Source: Octopus bimaculoides (lineage: Eukaryota). Taken from it: a stretch of 39,089 bases of DNA. The stretch is taken from the NCBI RefSeq assembly GCF_001194135.2, contig NC_068981.1, positions 145,654,172-145,693,260 of the forward strand. The letters are read 5' to 3'. Below are positions 34,130-39,089 of this stretch, piece after piece. The stretch's first letter is position 1, and each line of letters opens with the position of its first letter. The notes under the pieces were generated by a model, which saw only the letters and a list, made by a program, of their open reading frames with translations, made no database searches and was not told where the DNA came from. Both the position numbers and the translations under genes were made by a program.

Positions 34130-34370
34130 AGAATTTGACGCACACCCAGTTCAGAAGTGCGTCAAGAAAACGTGTTCGCCACCTACTTAAAAATTCGGGG
34201 GAATCCGTGTGACGTCATTCCCCTTGAACCAATGAAATCACTTCCTGTTTAGTGTAAATTTGTAGTATATTGTTTTTACGTGCGCATTTGTTAGTTTGCC
34301 ATTGAGTTAAGGAAGTTGATTATTTTCATGAAAATCATTGTTATCATCGACAGCTGTGACGCAAAATCTT
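34130..34370 (+). promoter_or_regulatory. Putative TATA-less, CpG-rich promoter
   Basis: CRE TGACGTCA (34210-34217), NF-Y-type AACCAATGA (CCAAT at 34229-34233), ETS-type ACTTCCTG (34240-34247), and extra TGACG half-sites. About 29 CpGs were counted by eye in 34131-34840. The orientation is inferred. Confidence 0.7.
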
Positions 34371-35164
34371 GTATTGTATTAATTAATTTATGCCAACACA
34401 CCCAATGCATACTTAACGACATTCAATAACATAGCAGTATTAGTAAATGCACAGTATTTAAAAAAAATAGGATCATCATGACTGGCGTATGTTTCGGTCA
34501 TGAGATTCTACTTAATGGCGATTTGATTTAGAGTCGAGCAACGACATAACTACACACTTATACACTTATGCGATATTCAAGTGTTTTATCAATGAACGTA
34601 ATGTATATCTTTTAACATTACAACGAGGAAATAGCTCCTTCCATTTGTCAAGTGACCTATATTTCTTTTGACGTACGAATACTGTTCTGTTTTACGTTAA
34701 AATATGAATACCTGGTAACTATGTAGTCCGCGTGCTTGTTTATCACGTGTCTTTTAGCTGGAATATCACAATCGTATTTCCTTTCTGTAAATCAAAAACA
34801 TTGAGTCTGTTTAATTGATCAATGTCAAACGAAACGGTGTCAATATTTTTAGGAAATCTGACAGTTAATTACTAAGAAAACCATTGGTAAATGGGAATCC
34901 GATTTGTATATCCTGAGTAGTAGCAATGATAAAATGATTATTTCCTTCATTTGTATTTTAAATGATCACAAGTTGACCCTGTGACCATCCTTCAGGAAAT
35001 GAATCACGTAGAATACTATCCAATATGTTCTCTTTTTTTTTTTTTTTTGAAGACGATTAGGTGTGATTTGAGTGAGATTTTGCATAGATTTCATTGGTAT
35101 TTTTGTATTAATTTCTGTCATTAACTGGACTCTATTATATTTATGTTTTTTTTTTTCCTTCCAG

Positions 35165-35679
35165 ATTACCATCCGAAACGACTTGCTGAACTTCGTATGA
35201 CAGAAATCCCACTAGATCTTACAGCAATACCCTCTTCAGAATTAAACTCATTTGAGCACGATGAAAGATATCCATACTCTGATGATGATAATAATGATGA
35301 AGAAGGCAACAGATTTATTGTTAAAGCTAATAATGGCTTAGCAGCTACCACACATTATGCAGTACCATTCCATTGTGAAACACCAATCACTAACAGATTA
35401 TCATCTGATATGATAACTCCATTTCCATCTGCTGGACCTATTAATAATTCTAACATATATTATTCTCCAAACATTTACCCCTATAAAATACCAAATACTT
35501 CATATTCATTGCAACAAAGACCTGTTTTGCAAATAAATCAAAGAGACACTGACTCTATTTCAGATTCTGATATGAACTCTATGGTAATGAATGATCTTTC
35601 ATCAACAAATACAGCAGCTAACCATTCACAATTGTCTTTTCTGAATATATGTTCACGATACATAAGTGATAACATGTGA
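35165..35679 (+). CDS. Coding exon, low-complexity acidic/Ser/Asn/Pro-rich region; probably the terminal exon of the ankyrin gene or the ORF of a separate promoter-proximal gene
   Basis: Strong acceptor (T)nccttccag| at 35164, phase 1. It is open for about 171 codons to TGA at 35677-35679 in AT-rich DNA with no repeat origin. Joining it to 30088 gives ..RLK-N-YHPKRL.. in frame. There is an in-frame ATG at 35197. Confidence 0.75.
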
Positions 35680-38499
35680 CAGTTTAGTTTATTCCTTAGT
35701 AGACCTGTAGCAAGGAGGGAGCTGATAAAAATTTAAAAAATACAGTTTGATTAACATTATTGTAATTCTGTCTTTATGGATATAATGTCCTAAGATGTAG
35801 GACAAACCTGCTTTTCTCAGTTTAAAGCTGGTGGGATGTTTCTAGAGATGCTTATATAAGGGCATGTTATTGGTTCATTTAACACAATCAGTTAAAAATG
35901 TTAGTTTCTGTTTTAGCAGGTGTATATTTAGCAAATTTTCTTTTAACGGATGTTTTATATCTATCACTTCATGATGCAACTCTAGGTATGAGGACTGGAA
36001 TATGACCCATATAACTTTCAATTGTTGGCAGCCTGCCAATCTACTTCTCTGCTACGCTACCATAAGGTGAAATTGGTACCTTACTTTCCAGTAAGCTAAG
36101 GGGTTAATGTGGTAACATTGGCTGGCTGCCAACCATATCACCAAGACTACAGTCAATAAGTTTTAGTCTTAGATTTAAATAGACATAAGGCTATGCTATT
36201 CATTTTTTTTTTTTTCTTTTTTTTATGTCCTTAGTCCAATTGACTATCATTTTAAGAGCACATGAGTGAATTAAACCTTAGTTTCAAAAATAATACAGAA
36301 AATTAAAGAACTGCCTTATTCTCTACAATTCTTGAACATTCTGAAATGTGTCTTCATGACTTGTCAGAAATTTTTCATCAACAAATTTTAGTCAAAAGCA
36401 ATTTCAGAGCAATAAAATGTTTGCTGATTCTGTTTCTAAAACTCTATCTGTGATAATTTGATATTCGCAACAGCAAATGTGAAAAACAAATGTTATGTTT
36501 TTATATGTAACATCTTTATACAACCCAGCTGAATTATATTTCATACAAAGTGCTCCCTTTGCCCCTGAACATTGCTGTTTTTTTGCATCTTCAGGTATAA
36601 ACTTTTTTTTTTTTCTAAGTTAGTCCAAGGGAAAATATTGTTATTTTCATCATTTTTTATTTTTTAATCATGACAAGAATTTAAAGAATCAGATGCTTGC
36701 AGTATCTAATTCGTTATGTTTTGATGGGTTCAAATCATTCTGGAGTTGATTTTAACTTCCTTTTCTCCATGGATAATATTTAAAAAATTTTTATCATACC
36801 TCCATACAAGTCCATTATTTTTATCTAGGGGGAAAAACAAAAACGCACATAAAGAAGTGAGTTAGCTTGTTACTTCAATGGTTTCTTTATAGCACATTGA
36901 ACTTCAGTGGTGCAAATAAATTGAAATGTTTTCATGAAGAATCTGAAGCCAGTCACAGACTCAGTTTTCAAGAAGATTATTTTCAATTTAACCTATCTCT
37001 CTCATGGAACAAAGACTGCCACACATTTTCTGTTCATACTTAGAACTACATTACTTTCACCATGCCTTGGGAAGTTCCTTTTTCTCTTCCCATTCCAAGT
37101 GATGTTTTGTTTTTCTATCTGTCCAACTGTAATTTCCATTATAATACGCAACCTTACATTATATCTGTTCATCAGATTTCCATCCAACGACATATTCAAC
37201 CAAATGAATTAAAACTTTTTCATTTTTTTTTTTTTTTTCATCTAAAAGTGATTAAATTCTCTTAAATAAGTTTCTAATATTTTGGCTGAGAAAGAAAAAA
37301 ATGATGACATGTCTGCATTTTTTGCTCAATGAATGACTTTGGTAATGTGTGATCTACCTGCTGATGTACCTCAAAATATGATGAAAAATATTATATTGTT
37401 TACTTATTCTTATATTTTATCAGCTAAGAGGCTGCAAAAATATACTGGCCAGTTTATTTATGTAATGTATATTTAAACACTACGCAATATTCATTCACAA
37501 AGTGGTTTCATTTTTCAGGAACTACATATGTTCTGCATTGACAAAATAAAATTTCGATGAGGTTAAATCGAATGTTTTGGTGTCTTAACATATAAGCAAC
37601 AAAGCACATGTTTTCAGTGCCTTTTTTTTTTTAATTTAATACAAAATCAAAGTGAAAGGTTGCATTTGCTAAACATTCTTAGCAACATGTAAAATATTTG
37701 TAACTATTATGTAATATAGTATCTAACAAATATTACATTGCATACTTCAAATGTGTATCTTTTGTGTTCATCCACTAATTTATTTTTCAAGAAGTCTGTG
37801 ATATAATTTCAACTGTTTGCAATGATACATTCATTAAGAAATTAATGAGAAAAATAAAATAAATGAAACATGAATGCTTTTTGTTTTCTGATTTTTATGC
37901 ATTTGCTTTCCATTTAAATATATTTTAATGCTTAAAATTTGCTGTTAATTCACAAAGTGGACTAAGTTTGCCAGCAAGAACAGGGTAAGCTGGTGTTTTG
38001 GGTAGAATCTTATTACTAGACCTCTTTCTCTTCACAAACTATCTTACTGAGTCTTTTATCTCACTTCCTTATAAGGGGAAATAATTCCAATAAAATGATT
38101 GGTTTCTCAAAGTTAATTTATATACAGAGGAGAAAGTAAAGCCTAATGTTTGTTTGCAAGCAAACAATTAATAACTATGTATATGTTTTATCACCATCAT
38201 TGTTTTAATGTCTATTTTTCCATGCTTGCATGCCTCAGTCATAAAACACTACACTGAGGCACATTTTTCTAAAGCTGGATGGTCTTCCAGTAACCAATCT
38301 TTGTTTCCAAGCAAAGTAATATTTCTCCTTTCCTGCTAAACAACAAATGGACTGGGGATGCTTTCATGGAACAAACACCATTTGTATGGATATTTTTTTT
38401 TACATTCAGTATGCACATATCAAAACAAGATTACATACTCAGTTATGCACAAACACATATATATGATATATATGCAAGTATAATGTAATATATATAATA

Positions 38500-38645
38500 T
38501 AGTGGTTTGGCAAAAGAGACTGATAAAGTAAGTACCAGGCTTTTAAAAATCAAGTACTGGGGTCAATACATTCAACTAAAAAATTCTTCAACACAGTGCT
38601 CCAGCATGGCCACAATCTAATAATTGAAACAAGTAAAAGATAAAA
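38500..38645 (+). mobile_element. 3' tail of the CORE-like SINE family, with CpGs lost
   Basis: tagtggtttggcaaaagagactgat..gtgctccagcatggccacaatc..gaaacaagtaaaagataaaa. Confidence 0.8.
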
Positions 38646-39089
38646 TATAGAAGATATATATATACACACCACACACACACGAAATATGTGTGTGTATGTA
38701 TATATATGACAAAAAACAGACCTCCATACTCTACCAACATGGAGGCAATCTGGGTCAACTTGACATCCACACTTTATCCAAGGACCCAACCCTCAGACAA
38801 ATACAGGAGTACGTCCTCATAAATGAAACATCCCCTGTACTAAATAGGAAATATACATAGTAGGTAATCAAACCCACAGTTTATATTTATATACAGATAG
38901 AATAATTAGTGAGCTGTTACATAGATGTATGTATGTGTGTGTGTATATGTATATGCACATGTATGTAAGTAAATGGATATGAATGTAAACAGATAGATAT
39001 ATAGACGGATAGGTACATAGGTAATATGAACAGACAAGCACACATATGCAAATGAAGACTGAAATGCATGACCATATACACATACTTCT

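Noticed and set aside
423-38645. Strand bias of SINE insertions as evidence of host gene direction
   Set aside because: Minus copies only modestly outnumber plus copies (roughly 14 vs 10 by eye), which is too few to be meaningful.
202-39083. Most ORF-track entries (CVCV, YIYI, THTH, ERER peptides and long X-filled ORFs)
   Set aside because: They are translations of microsatellites or N gaps. Their length reflects the absence of stop codons in repeats.
35680-39089. Additional coding exons or a defined polyadenylation site
   Set aside because: The candidate AG..GT segment I translated (about 37519-37561) has stops in all frames. AATAAA occurs many times in this AT-rich DNA and is uninformative.

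Overview
This is repeat-rich, AT-rich eukaryotic DNA from a draft assembly with six N gaps. The microsatellite load and tRNA-derived SINE families point to an octopus (coleoid cephalopod) genome, which is an inference. Almost all ORF-track entries are microsatellite or N-gap artefacts. Only two host coding segments are well supported, both on the + strand: a 230-bp ankyrin-repeat exon (29859-30088) and a low-complexity exon/ORF (35165-35679). They are splice-phase compatible. Between them is a CpG-rich promoter-like block (CRE, CCAAT and ETS motifs, about 34130-34840), and CpG is sharply depleted downstream of it. The rest is a layered record of transposons. It includes a decayed Helitron carrying a PIF1 helicase pseudogene (10472-12939) and three copies of a GGATC-TIR MITE that contains TTAGGG repeats, two of them with perfect 8-bp TSDs. 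There is also a nested foldback/MULE-like pair, several hAT (Charlie-type) MITEs, R4/Dong-like and RTE-like LINE fragments, and modular SINEs with TSDs. I found no CRISPR array, rRNA, genuine tRNA or multi-gene novel system. The strongest leads are the possible internal promoter of the ankyrin gene and the unnamed MITE/foldback families. All counts and alignments were done by eye.
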